DNA of 39,832 bases from Nemertoderma westbladi (lineage: Eukaryota; Animalia; Xenacoelomorpha): contig JAUCBJ010005755.1 in the NCBI GenBank assembly GCA_032718475.1, positions 1 to 39,832 of the forward strand, in the 5' to 3' direction. Shown here in pieces: positions 12,421 through 25,300 of the stretch (positions within the stretch are counted from its first letter, which is position 1; the number at the start of each line of letters is the position of its first letter). Made by a program: the position numbers and the translations under genes. The notes under the pieces were generated by a model that saw only the letters and a program-made list of their open reading frames with translations, had not been told where the DNA came from and made no database searches.

Positions 12421-13511
12421 TGGGTGTGGGTGTGGGTGTGGGTGTGGGTGTGGGTGTGGGTGTGGGTGTGGGTGTGGGTGTGGGTGTGGGTGTGGGTGTG
12501 GGTGTGGGTGTGGGTGTGGGTGTGGGTGTGGGTGTGGGTGTGGGTGTGGGTGTGGGTGTGGGTGTGGGTGTGGGTGTGGGTGTGGGTGTGGGTGTGGGTG
12601 TGGGTGTGGGTGTGGGTGTGGGTGTGGGTGTGGGTGTGGGTGTGGGTGTGGGTGTGGGTGTGGGTGTGGGTGTGGGTGTGGGTGTGGGTGTGGGTGTGGG
12701 TGTGGGTGTGGGTGTGGGTGTGGGTGTGGGTGTGGGTGTGGGTGTGGGTGTGGGTGTGGGTGTGGGTGTGGGTGTGGGTGTGGGTGTGGGTGTGGGTGTG
12801 GGTGTGGGTGTGGGTGTGGGTGTGGGTGTGGGTGTGGGTGTGGGTGTGGGTGTGGGTGTGGGTGTGGGTGTGGGTGTGGGTGTGGGTGTGGGTGTGGGTG
12901 TGGGTGTGGGTGTGGGTGTGGGTGTGGGTGTGGGTGTGGGTGTGGGTGTGGGTGTGGGTGTGGGTGTGGGTGTGGGTGTGGGTGTGGGTGTGGGTGTGGG
13001 TGTGGGTGTGGGTGTGGGTGTGGGTGTGGGTGTGGGTGTGGGTGTGGGTGTGGGTGTGGGTGTGGGTGTGGGTGTGGGTGTGGGTGTGGGTGTGGGTGTG
13101 GGTGTGGGTGTGGGTGTGGGTGTGGGTGTGGGTGTGGGTGTGGGTGTGGGTGTGGGTGTGGGTGTGGGTGTGGGTGTGGGTGTGGGTGTGGGTGTGGGTG
13201 TGGGTGTGGGTGTGGGTGTGGGTGTGGGTGTGGGTGTGGGTGTGGGTGTGGGTGTGGGTGTGGGTGTGGGTGTGGGTGTGGGTGTGGGTGTGGGTGTGGG
13301 TGTGGGTGTGGGTGTGGGTGTGGGTGTGGGTGTGGGTGTGGGTGTGGGTGTGGGTGTGGGTGTGGGTGTGGGTGTGGGTGTGGGTGTGGGTGTGGGTGTG
13401 GGTGTGGGTGTGGGTGTGGGTGTGGGTGTGGGTGTGGGTGTGGGTGTGGGTGTGGGTGTGGGTGTGGGTGTGGGTGTGGGTGTGGGTGTGGGTGTGGGTG
13501 TGGGTGTGGGT
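12421..13511. repeat. Perfect (TGGGTG)n hexamer array, about 181 units
   Basis: Uninterrupted over ~1090 bp; ends in TACCCCCC. It explains the poly-PT, GV, CG and WV ORFs. Confidence 0.98.
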
Positions 13512-14074
13512 ACCCCCCTGTTTAGGGTAAACGATAACAGCGAGAGAGAATGATGATTCCGAAATTGCTGGTTCCGATTCCGATAGAGAATCTGACAGTG
13601 ATACTGGTACTGGTTTGTTATATAATCTACCGGTACCTGATTATGAATTATTGAGGGAATGAGACCTATGGGACTGGGGCGGCGTGATATTGCATATGCG
13701 GAATAAGACTCTGAATACACTGCAGTCTGACGGTTGGTTGCCGTGATGTTATCAATACAACTGGAAGCCTACAAACACCCACTGTTCATCACGAGCGAGT
13801 ATAAACTGATCATTTTGATAAAATTACATCTCGATATCAGTATACAACAATGTTGCGCTATTTTATTTACAATTATGTTGTCGGGTCTGCTGGGTAAATA
13901 ACAAAACATTAAAGAAAATCAGATTTGTATGTGTTCTATTTTACGGTATTCTGCTATTTTTTACGATAAACCAAGATTGTGCTCTGGCGGTTTTGGTAAT
14001 TACCAAACTAACAAGCTGTGAATTGCTGTAAATTAATTTGTTATTAATTATAATATTAATGTTCACAATTCTAT

Positions 14075-15895
14075 GTTGATTCTAAAGAACTAAAAACTGA
14101 GTTCGTAGGACCACCACAACTGAAGTTATGTACAGCTAAATTACAATAATATTTTTTTCTAAAATGTTGGAGCACTGGCGGGCTACTACTACTACTACTA
14201 GGATCGGCATGCTGCATTGCAGCTGCATTTTTAAAAATGCTGTGCCGGCTTGTCAACAAAATTGCACCGCCACAACTCCCTATCACCCATGAAATTTGCT
14301 AGATCATCCGCATCTTTAAGGCCAGTGTCCTTTAAGATGCGTCTCAAGAAAGTCATGGGCTGTCCACCATGCTTATTCACTCCATGAGGCTGCCAAAGTA
14401 CAAGATTATGCACTGGCTGGTCCTCACGGCGAAAGCAATGTCCTGCAAAGCGGAGGCGATTTTGTTCTAGTGTCAAGCTTGGGGGAACCAATGAGACACC
14501 TCCAATGTTATATAGTGTCTGGTTGGAGATGTGTGCATTGTACTTGACACAATGAACCCGGCGTAGCATTCTTGTGAATGTGCCATCCAGAGATTTGGTG
14601 TCCTCAGCAGTTAGAGCCCAGCATGGACTCCCATAGAGGAGTACTGGAACTACTGCTGCTCTAAATAATCGGACCTTAAGTTTCCGATTAATTCTCGGTG
14701 ACTTCCAAATCCTGGAAAGCCTATTCAAGGCTGCCCATGCCTTTCCCTTACGTATTCGAAGGTCCTCACCTGACTTCCGGATCCATGATCCCAGGTAACA
14801 GAAGTCGTCCACATGCTCAAGCATACCATCCTTTGAGCTTATGCTCATCCGATCAGAGACTTGCTGAGGACTTTCAAAGTTAACTGTCAGTATTTTGGTC
14901 TTTCTGGAGTTAATAAAAAGACCAACACTAGAAGCAGCATGTTCTAATGAGCTGAGGAGCCGTTGGGCTCCCTTTAATGATTCTGAGAGTACTCCTAAGT
15001 CATCAGCAAAGTCTAGATCAGTTAGGTAGTTGGCAGGATTTCCTCGACTTCTGGAGCCAGTAGGTGGAGTTATCATCACCCCATCATCATTATGATGATC
15101 TAAGGACATGCGTAGAACATAGTCAACCACAATAATGAACAAGAATGGTGCAAGTGTGTCTCCTTGGAGGGCGCCCCATAACACTTCAAATGGTTCTGTG
15201 TCACCGTCAACAGTAGACACAAATGTTGTCGAACCATCGTATACTGATCTGATTGCTGCAATAATTTCATCAGGAATCCCATATAATGAAAGTATGCTGA
15301 ACATACGTGAGCGAGAGACTGAATCAAAGGCCTTGAAGAAGTCAACAAAGATAACAGCCAGATGCCTGTCTTTCTTTTTTGATAATTCTTCAATTATCCT
15401 TCTAAGTGCCAAAATGGGCTCCATGGTCCCACGACCTTTACGGAACCCATTCTGATTTCCACGGAGCAGTCTCTCAATGGGATCCCTGATGCGATTTAAT
15501 AGAATCCTATTGTATAGCTTTGCAGCAATCGAGATCAATGAGATACTGGCGGGCACTAAATTTTAGATCCCTGGTCGGGAAAGGGTTAAGCGTAGCAGTC
15601 CTGATAACAAGTATTTTTCTGATAAGCCAAATGATGTGTAAAGGTTACAGTATGAATAATATTATTTATGCGATTCTAAAGAACTAAAAACTGAGTTCGC
15701 AGGACCACCACAACCGAAGTTATGTACAGCTAAATTACAAAAATATTTTTTTCTAAAATGTTGGAGCACTGGCGGACACTACATTTTATATCCCTGGTCG
15801 GGAAAGGGTTAAGCGTAGCAGTCCTGATAAGAAGGATTTTTCTGATAAGCCAAATGATGTGTAAAGGTTACAGTATGAATAATATTATTATGCAT
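14075..15895. repeat. Tandem duplication of a ~230-bp unit; first copy interrupted by the RTE
   Basis: 14078-14183 joined to 15555-15670 reconstitutes a unit that is repeated intact at ~15672-15895 (GATTCTAAAGAAC...AGCACTGGCGGACACT...CCCTGGTCGGGAAAGGGTTAAGCG). Confidence 0.85.
14184..15544 (-). mobile_element. 5'-truncated RTE-like LINE with open RT domain
   Basis: RT motifs NQNGFRKGRGT, FVDFFKAFDSV, GALQGDTLAPFLF, LDFADDL, FCYLGS; stop at 14231. Short 3' UTR and (TAG)n tail at 14184-14200. 10-bp TSD ACTGGCGGGC at 14174-14183 and 15545-15554. Confidence 0.93.
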
Positions 15896-17504
15896 TTTTA
15901 ATATATTTCAAATTTGCGATTTGTACACATGGCTACACCGATGATCAATGACTTCTTATAAAAATATTAATTGGGCAATATCGTAGAGAGCACTGAATTC
16001 CCGAGAATAAAGAACACCCGGTTATATCATAATATGCATAATATATTTCTGCAATAAATCTAAATCACTATTTTATTAAAAACTGTAATAATATAATTCA
16101 GAAACATGACTGGGACTTTCTATATTATGTATTTTTAATGTCGGTATATGTTTTTATAATTAACTATTGTATTGCTATCCCTCCTCGCCTATTACTACGA
16201 CTACCACTGCTATTACTATCACTGTACACAGCGCACGTTAGTTAATGTAATTGGTATACACTTTGGAACTGCAGTGAGGGTATATGCACAACTAAATTAT
16301 ATTGGGCTTCGTATTTTTAGTGATTGCTTCACTATAACGGATGCAATAATGATAGGTTGAAATTATTCTTAATTTGATTTGAAGTTCATTTCAAAGTTCA
16401 TTTTACATTCAGCCTTAGATCATTTATACTGTTAATTCTTATGTTATCCGCATGGTGGCGTTGAGATGAATAATTTCTGACAATCACAAAACAAGGCAGC
16501 GGCTACTCAACCAATTGCAAGCGGGTAAGTTTGAAGCTCAACTGTGACGGTTATTTGTAAAGTTTCCAAACAGAGAAAACTTCATTTGATTTCAAAATTA
16601 TTATAATCTTGATGAGGGTAACAAAGGTATACCAGAATAGTAACTACTGTAGGTTAACAATTAATAGTTAAACAATACTTAACAACCATTACTTTCATTA
16701 GGATTGACAGAGGGTTGTTATTTAGCACAGTTACTACTCTAGAATATAACTGACTATATAGTCCTACAGGTTACAGAAGACATTACAATTATAAATTAGT
16801 AACTTTACAATGAACCTGTACTTGGAATTACTAAATGGTGGCCTAGGATCTATCACAAACAATGAACATTAATATTAATAATTATTCTGTGCCTAATGGT
16901 CTAAATTTGTGGGCCCATGTGAAGTATACCAGACATTCTGCTGTTATATAATACATAATTTTAAAGAAAAAAACTTCTATAAGGTATATATGTATTGTAT
17001 GTATATATGCATGCAATAGCTTCGTATCGTTTGTATTTTGGAATAAAACTACGTTGTTGCTTTCCTTGTTTGCACTCACACAATACGTTGGTTAGTATAA
17101 CAAACCACTTTGATCAACACATTGTATAGCGCAGCCACCTTGCACACAAGTATAATCATATATAAATAGTTAAAATAATTTTTGTTTTGTATTGTAAATT
17201 AATTATATTCATCATTTACAGTAAATATTGTAAATATATTTCCCACATAATCAATATACTGAATAATATTTGAAGATTGTATCAAATTCCGGCGAATGTC
17301 CGTTGAATTAGCATGAGATGTTGCAGAATTGATTGAATGGTTAGTTGTAATTATTAACTTATATAATTGATTAATTATTTTACACGTTATAAATGAAAAC
17401 TTTGCGAGTCAATGACGAATGATTAATCTCGCCAAATAGGAGAAGGAAATATTCAATCCTTGAGTGTTGATGTTGGTAAGGACACCCAGTACATTGCGTA
17501 TTAT

Positions 17505-17760
17505 GATGGGTCGTAGGTCCGAATGAGACGAAAGTCCGAAAGTGGCCATCAGGGCGCAACTTCGTCTTGTTTAACTGTAACTTGTGCTAATGACTGTTGT
17601 TTATTGCTTTGGTTATAAGATCGTGCTACTGTAAACTGCTCCTTTCCCTTAATCTACATATTCGGACCTTCGTCCCATTCAGACCTTCGTCCCATTCGGA
17701 CCTTCGTCCCATTCAGACCTTCGTCCCATTCAGACCTTCGTTCCATTCGGACCTTTGTTG
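17505..17760. repeat. Inverted arrays of a 17-bp unit (TTCRGACCTTCGTCCCA), foldback/MITE relic
   Basis: About 5 units at 17661-17755; about 2 degenerate reverse-complement units at 17505-17541. Confidence 0.65.
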
Positions 17761-18068
17761 CGCATTCGGTATTTCTTCCCATTCACACCATTATCCTCCT
17801 GGAAACGTATATTGTAGGATAGATTAATGGTGGATTAGGACCGATAACTTTTTACTTTATAAAATAAAAATATACTTTAAAAAATACTGTAACTTTCACT
17901 GATGTGGAACTGCAGTATAGTAGTATCACTGGGGATTTTTCCATTGACAAGAGTGGTCTAATTTGGGCTACCATTATCTAAGGTAGTGCTTTTCCAGATA
18001 AAAATTTTAATATTGGGGGATATTTTTTGATGACAGACTTTCGTATTGCTAAGAGAGGAGGAAGTGTG

Positions 18069-19313
18069 TGTTCGCGCTTTTGAAGACCTTTAGCAGTTTA
18101 ACCTGCCAAAATTTATATGTCTTCTAGTTAATTAAAACCACTTTAGCATACGACAATAATTTATGCTAATACGCAAAACATTAGCCGAAGTCAGCCCATG
18201 CGCGATCATTCACCCGATGGATCTACACCCGGGAGACTGAATTCGGATGCTTGAATTGTATTATTACAGTGTAAGGTTGCAGTGTATACCTAATGTATTA
18301 TTCGATAGATCGTTAATAATTAATCTCTGACAGATATTATTGGCTTTCGGGAAATATTAACAGTTCCTTTAGGACGTGGCGCTTTATCTATTTAAACAGA
18401 ACTAAGACTTATACTAAAACGCAACGATACTGCTTATGATTAAAGTATAAAGCGTATTCTTTAGGAAATACTTTGTTACCAATCACAATCATACACACTA
18501 TTCTGCCGACCGTCAGTATATTTGATCATACATAAAGAGAGCAGTAATTGACTCACGTAGGGTCTGCTAAATAACATTGGATTCAATACACACCACATTA
18601 ATATAAATCGCAATTGTTATGTATAGCCGGTCTCTCTAACCTGTAGTGTTATCAAGAAAATTGGGAATTGGGTGATTTATCCGTATTATCCAAATAGCAA
18701 TATTTCCATCAACAAATAGGTACAATTAATAACTGACGGTAAAATAACAGTACAAGCAATATGATTAATGCAGTTAAGATTGATTAAATTGATCGGTAGT
18801 TAGTTAGGTTAGATTTGATGAGGTAACAGTTTATACTTTCGATAATTCAAGCAGTTTACTATAGTTCTTCCCAAAAGGCCGGTGTTTCTGGCTTAGACAG
18901 CAATAACAACAAAGTATCAAGAAAAAACAGTAAGACTGAACACTCTCCTTATGATCGACTAAAAGCTACACGTCGACAGGAAAAATCGCTCTGATTGGCT
19001 CAAGCCAAACAAAGAACCACACATCCAATGGCTGTTTCCATGTCAGCAACCAGCTGTTAGATGTCGTAATATGAATCATCACGGCTAAGCTGTGAAAGGT
19101 AGTTGGTGCATTACAAGTTTTTTGCCTTACCATGTTCGCCAAAACACGTATATAGCAGAATGATTTTTATGTCCGTTAAAACACCTGTAAAGGTACCTTG
19201 CGGGCGAGGGGAATATATATACAGTTAGAAAACCTTTTTAGAGTATTCCAGCGCCTGGGGGAGAACTGGCCAGCAAAGGCAAACGTATCAGTTATCCCAC
19301 AAAAGCTTTTACA
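18069..19313 (-). repeat. 3' LTR (1245 bp)
   Basis: TGTTCGCGC...AAGCTTTTACA on +. Constant offset of 10891 to the other LTR; no mismatch seen by eye. Confidence 0.97.
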
Positions 19314-19321
19314 CCGCTCCC
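19314..19321 (-). promoter_or_regulatory. Putative polypurine tract
   Basis: Minus strand GGGAGCGG directly abuts the TGT start of the 3' LTR, which fixes the orientation in agreement with gag. Confidence 0.55.
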
Positions 19322-19391
19322 AGAAAATGGGATTTAAGTCTATAAAATATACCAAATCACAGTTTCTAAAATATAAAAATACTCTAAACAG

Positions 19392-20697
19392 TTAGTCTTT
19401 CTTGCGCGGACGGCGTTTACGCAGCTTTTTAAAGCTAGCAAGAGTCCTTTTCTCTTTGGGGCGAGCCACTTTACGAGGAGGGCTATAACTCCTGGGTGAA
19501 GGGTGCAATATGATTGCATCAGAAGGTATGGGATTGCGATCGGTATATCCGCCGGTCGAAGTACTGGGTTGATTGACATCAACGTCCGGGGAGAGGGGTC
19601 TAACGGCTTTGAGAGCTCGTTTCAAGACAGCCGCTCTTACGGGTCCTTTACGAGTGGTCTGAACGAGGGCCGTGGGTGGACCATAGGCAGTTAGAAACTT
19701 CCTTGGTTTAATGGTTCTTTCCAACTCGCGTTCGCGGGCTCGGTACTCGTAAGGCCGTCGATATACTTCCTGTAACTCGATATGCGTGATTTCTGTTCGA
19801 CAGAAGCGAATAGATAAGGATGGAACGCATAAATTCCTTCGTAAGCGCGTCCAGGATAATAGCGATGGCGCGAATCACGATGTAAATCAGCGTTCGCTTC
19901 CCAAGCTCTAATGTAACGTAGTGTGATCATTTCATCTACGCTTTCCAAATCGCGATTAAAAAGGGCAATCGAAACTGGCGTGTCCCTTTAGTTGACAGTG
20001 GTGACATTGAGTCATAAATTGAGGGCAAACCGCAAAAATATGCAAATTATTAAATCTGCAATACGCGCAATAAATTTCCATCGTCGGTTGTTCGTGGAAA
20101 TAGGAACAGCGGACGTTTGTGTCCATGGGCGTAACATGGTCTCTCGATGCGCATAACCGACAACGTTGCCGAGAAACATAGTTGGCATGGCGATAATCGT
20201 ACGCAGTGAGACACTGTGGACCTTGATACCATTCTAGGATGTAATCGTTGTCGCTGTTCCGAGCGCGATAGGCTGAATCTCTTCAGATTCCAGACATATT
20301 GGTTCGTCTTCCCAGTCTGTTACGAATAGAATTTTCGTGATCTATTCTCGGTTTATCGTTACGACGCCGCTGGGTATGATATTTAAATAGAACCATTTCC
20401 CTTTCGGTGTCTACATCGTCCGTATCATGTAAATCGATAGGATGGCCGGTAGTTAAGAAGTCCATATACGTACCATTACGATGCGTATAGCGAGCGGTTA
20501 ATTTTCGATAGTCCAATTCACGCGTAAGTTGCTCTTGGGACATCGGCGGTTCGATATCGTTAATCGATAAATAAACGACCATCGTCCTCCGTAATAGTCG
20601 GATCGGCTTCACCGCGTATCAAGCTATCCACAAACGCTTGTAAAGGTAGAGTATATCGCTCCCTGATACCAAGGTCATCTTCTATCAATTCCGTCAT
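19392..20697 (-). pseudogene. Disrupted accessory ORF (~430 codons) with three Cys/His zinc-knuckle-like motifs and a K/R-rich C-terminus
   Basis: Manual translation past the TGA at 20283-20285 gives CRLCASRDH...C, CAYCRFNNLHIFAVC and CHHCQLKGHASFDC (20162-19965). Pieces 20697-20560, 20612-19956, 19948-19691 and 19724-19392 abut or overlap, consistent with frameshifts. Confidence 0.6.
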
Positions 20698-21504
20698 ATC
20701 TGTTATCTGAGTTTATTAATATCAATATGAGTTAATATTTTAGGCAAGCAGGCGTCGCTGCCTACTAGGCTTTGCCCCCGGACAGTGGGTTTCTCAGCGC
20801 CGATGTACCGCTGTCGCAGTGTTTACGCCAACATGTAGCAATAGCACGACAACGATAACCGGCACAAGTCCCACCACTGTCCGTCCCAAAAGCTTGAATC
20901 CACTTGAGGTTATCTCGGTAGAGTTAGGGCTATTTTACAATTGCGATTAGCTACTGTAAACACACTTTAGTAGTAACATTCACCTATAAACGCACAAATT
21001 CCATACAATCATTACTTACTGCACACATGCATACCATTTGTCCGTTAGTCAGTGTCTTCCAGAATGTCACGTATTTACTATGTATCCTTGGATACTAATA
21101 GTGCGCTATGTATACTCTTATGCTACGCAATGGGGCAAGCTTTTTATTGTTCTTTTAACTTGCTTCTAATTCTAGCGTGGGTGTTGCCATGGTGACATTA
21201 TGGAAAACTAGCGGTAGAATTAGGGCAATCCTCATGCATACAGATCTGGGATGTTATTTAATAGTAATTCTTTAATTGTCAATATCCTCTTTATGCATGA
21301 TTTTATAAATTTTATCGGCTATTGACTATATGCTGGAGATTCTCACACTCTAATACACTCAATATGAATCTCCGCTCCCATGATCTATTAATTACTGGAA
21401 TTTTGGGAATGTTATAAATTGTACAAAATGACAATTTATGAAATTCATTTAAATATGAATTTAATTTATTCCCGTGAATTTTATTATTTGATGTTAAATG
21501 GACA

Positions 21505-21800
21505 TAAATTTTATTCCAGAGCAAGTCTGGGGACATAAGATCCTTAATTCTATGAAATTTGTCTTTTAAGAGTATCGGTAAGTGCTACGATATCTTAATC
21601 GACTAGAAATTTTAAAGGATCGGGATTTTACAGATTTTAATAAATATTAAATTAATATTTAGGATGGGCACCGATTTATTCCAGAACTTGTCTGGGGACG
21701 TTAACCACTGATTCTAGAATTTGTCTTTCAAGTATATCGGTGGGTGCCACGATATCTTAATCGACTAGAATTACAGATGGTCAAAGTTTAACAGATTTAT
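21505..21800. repeat. Diverged ~165-bp tandem duplication in the 3' internal region
   Basis: TTTATTCCAGA..GTCTGGGGAC...ACGATATCTTAATCGACTAGAA occurs at ~21510 and ~21676. Confidence 0.8.
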
Positions 21801-22312
21801 TTGCGATTTACGCTACTGTTAGAGGGACATCACGCTACTATATGTATTATTTGTTATAAGGTAGAAGAGCAATATCGCACGAAGCAATGTCAGTGTGAAG
21901 AGGCAAGTCGTTTCCAAGGTCTACCCAGAGCTTGGTTTAGCCGAGACACGAGGATCTGAACTTTGCATTCCTAATACTCTGCCTACCCATAATACTTAAA
22001 TATAGTAGTGGCTTTACTGTACTTTAAGAAGTACTGACATGTCATCTTACTATAGTCTCGCATTTATAATATAATACGGACAGTAAGGAAAGAGAAAATA
22101 ATTACTTCTTGCCGTCGCACTAAATATATATTATAAGTAATTATGTACGTAATAAACACTAATATATTGCACTAATCTACTAACATTCTAAAATAACATT
22201 TTACTAAATAAAATTAAATAAAAACGATTATAATAAGTACATAATAAAGTTCGCATATAAAATGTAATAAAATAGATAAAATAATATAGTCATACACCCA
22301 CTCCATATATAA

Positions 22313-25300
22313 TTACGTTATGGAGTCCCTAGATCTTTGTCGAATTAGGGAAGTGGTCGTAGGAAGAGTATCCTGCCTTCCATGGTTTCCGGACAGTTTT
22401 CGGTCTCTTTCCAGTAAACCTAAGCGACCAGCTGGGCGATTAGGCTGTCGTGTTACTTCCGCCGCTCCCTTGGCCTGTCTAATCTCCTCAGTGGTAAGAT
22501 GAGGAGGCCATTCATCTTCTTCTTTACTTAGGGAGTCGGGTCCACCTAACCAGCCTGGAGTATCTATCAGTTCTTGAAGAGTTGCTCCTCTGGAAGCGGT
22601 GTCGGCTGGATTAATCGTCCCAAGGCAATGTCTCCATTGATCTACATTGGAGTTAATATCGTCATTATCTGAGGAGTATGGTGTTCCCTCAGTTGGGTGG
22701 TCCACATTACTGCTCTCCACTTCCCCCTTTACTTGGTATTCCTGTTGTTGAGGTAATCTCTCTTTGAGAGTTCTACGGGAAGGGCCAGTGAAGTACCAAC
22801 CTACTCTAGTTCTTACCGCATAGGTTTGTAGTGGCTGCGGTTGAGCAGGTCGTTTTTCCAATGTCTCGAGCGCCTCGTGCGCGTTTTGGCCGATAAGTAT
22901 TTGCACTCCAGGATAATCCGTCTGGAATCGAGGTATCTTAAGATGTTGGATGCTCTCATCCTCGTCCCAATTATAAAGGTCTGCTTGGGTAGTAGCGAAG
23001 TTCTTTATAGCCACCATTTTTACTGACCTTATACTTTGTGCTCCTAACTTATCCTGGGGGGTGGACAACGCACCTACATAGTAATCTGCCGTTATGGTAG
23101 ATTTCCAAACCTGCATAATTCCGGACATATTCAACTTAGTTTGGAATTTGGGTTGTCCAGCAAAGATATCTTCGGCTAGTTCTTGATCGATGAATGTTCC
23201 TGTGCTGCCGGAGTCAAGTAGGGCGTTCACTATGTAACTCTTGTTGGGACCATGAACTCGAACTTGCACTACAGGAAATTCTCTTATTCCTATGTTGGAA
23301 GTTGGAACTTTCCAAGATGGTTGTTTGTCAAAAGGAGTTGGAGTAAACTCGTCAGTGTCCTTTTCATCCGTAAGTGCTCGATACACTGTGGTATTTATTA
23401 GGTAACAGGATTCGTTGGCATCGGAGAATTCGTCCGTATAGAATCCTTCCCACTCAGAACTTTGGTCAGTGTCGTTCACATCACTGAATTGGACATGTGA
23501 TTTGGGCTCACTTACCTGACTAGGGTTGTTTCGTTCGAATTCCGTGTGCAACAAGCTATGATGTTTCGCGCCGCACTTAGCACACCTTGCGTCAGAGTAA
23601 CAGGTTCGCCGCTGGTGTCCGCGTCTGAGACAGTTATAACATAACCGTTTATCCCACAGGACTCCACGTCTATCTGCCATGGATTTCTTTAGGAATTCTG
23701 CACACGCACTCAAACGGTGGGGCCCGTCGCACAGCGCACATTTTGGTTTGATGTTACTCACCTTAACTTGGTTGACGTTCTGCACTCTCGTTCTTTCTTC
23801 GGGCTTTCTTCCGTGAATTCTCTTAGGAGATGTAGGAGGAGTTGTTGTTACCTGTTCTCTCCTGTCACTGGTTCGAGACTTGTATTTACTTACGTCTTTA
23901 TAGGTCTTGTTGTCATAGTAAGATCGTTCGGTGTCTTTCCCGCTGTCCTCTTCTTGAGAAGCTTGGCTTTCGCCGTCGTCAGTATAACACACTGGTATTA
24001 TCCTTCTCCTAGAAACGGGTTTCTCACTTACCTTATTTTCCGATGTTTTCTCTCTGGACTGCCTTATGAGTTGTAATTTTACTTCACTATCTAAGAAGGA
24101 CATGAGATCAGCCATGGTAGGGCTTCGGCGTTGTTGTTCATTCATGTACAACACTTTCTTGTCCCAGCGCGTACATACTCCACCCTTTGGTAAAGTAGAG
24201 ACTACGGCTCCAATGACCATGGAACTCTGATATTCATGCGACTTACCTAACCAGTCCAGTTGTCTACAGATCTCTTGAATTTCATCGGAAAACTCTATAA
24301 TCCCGCTACTAAGGAAGTGTCGGGGGGCTACTAATTTTGCATACAAATACTTAGCTATGTTATCCTTGTTACCATACCTGATGTTTAGTGTATCCCAAAC
24401 TTGTCTCAATCCATCTGGATGTCCAATAAACTTTAACGCCATTAACTTGGGAGGTCCTTCCAAGCACTTGATGAGGAATCTAAGTTTCTCTCCGTTAGAT
24501 AGTACAGAGTTCTGTATGCTATCTTTGTAATATTCGTTGAAAGGTAACCATTTCATCTCATCTCCATTGAATTTGACGATCTCTCCCACTTTGACCGCTT
24601 GGCGGGCTTCTGTTCTAGCCATCTGACGCGTAAAGCTTTCTTGGACCATCGTGTTATTTAATATCGAATTATCTGTATATAAATTTCTCGGATCATTATC
24701 AGGTCTATAGGGAATATCATTAATAACAGGTCTATAATCACCCTTAATAGGGTTTGCTATAGGAGTTTCAACTTCACTAGCAGTATAGATGCGTGTAGGC
24801 TCTACACCTTGCGCATGTAATACTTCAGACCTAACGGGTTGACACAATGTTACAGGGAGCATTGGTATGCCTTTTTGTATATTGACTAATTTGTCGCGTT
24901 CTAGCGCGATACTTTGCTGCACTTCTTGCAACTCTGCTCTACCTTCCCTCACTGTTCCCTTAAGTTGGTGGACAGTCTCCTGCATCTGTCCTAGCAGAAG
25001 ATTCATCCCCCGCCGTCCCTCTTCCACCCACTCAACCGCCGAAGCGGGAGTCGCCAACATAGTAGCGGGCTGACGCGGGACGACGGGAGACAAATTATTG
25101 ATTTCTCTCTCTGCTATCTGGACAGGGGTATTTGCATGGACTGTTCCACCGGGTACAGGCAGTGTAGTGCTATGTAAAGGGAATTTAGAGTTAAGCTCTG
25201 GAAGTGTAGGGGTCTCTAGCACAGAAGTGACTTTGGGAATTACAGGCCTAATTATTTCAGGTTCATCGACTATAGTAGGGAGTCTTTTGACCTGGATAAA

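Noticed and set aside
12421-13511. Telomere or interstitial telomeric repeat
   Set aside because: The unit is not TTAGGG or TTAGG, and it is flanked by unique DNA on both sides.
12266-13720. Poly-PT, GV, CG and WV ORFs
   Set aside because: Translations of the hexamer array; no synonymous variation.
15545-15556. Start codon of the 441-aa RT ORF
   Set aside because: It lies in the TSD/flank; the element is 5'-truncated and lacks the endonuclease.
19793-19805. 13-mer CTGTTCGACAGAA shared with the leader repeats
   Set aside because: A single short match with no extension; could be chance.
19956-19967. Programmed -1 frameshift at C CCT TTT in the accessory ORF
   Set aside because: The -1 frame stops within a few codons; the continuation needs +1, so a simple insertion is more parsimonious.
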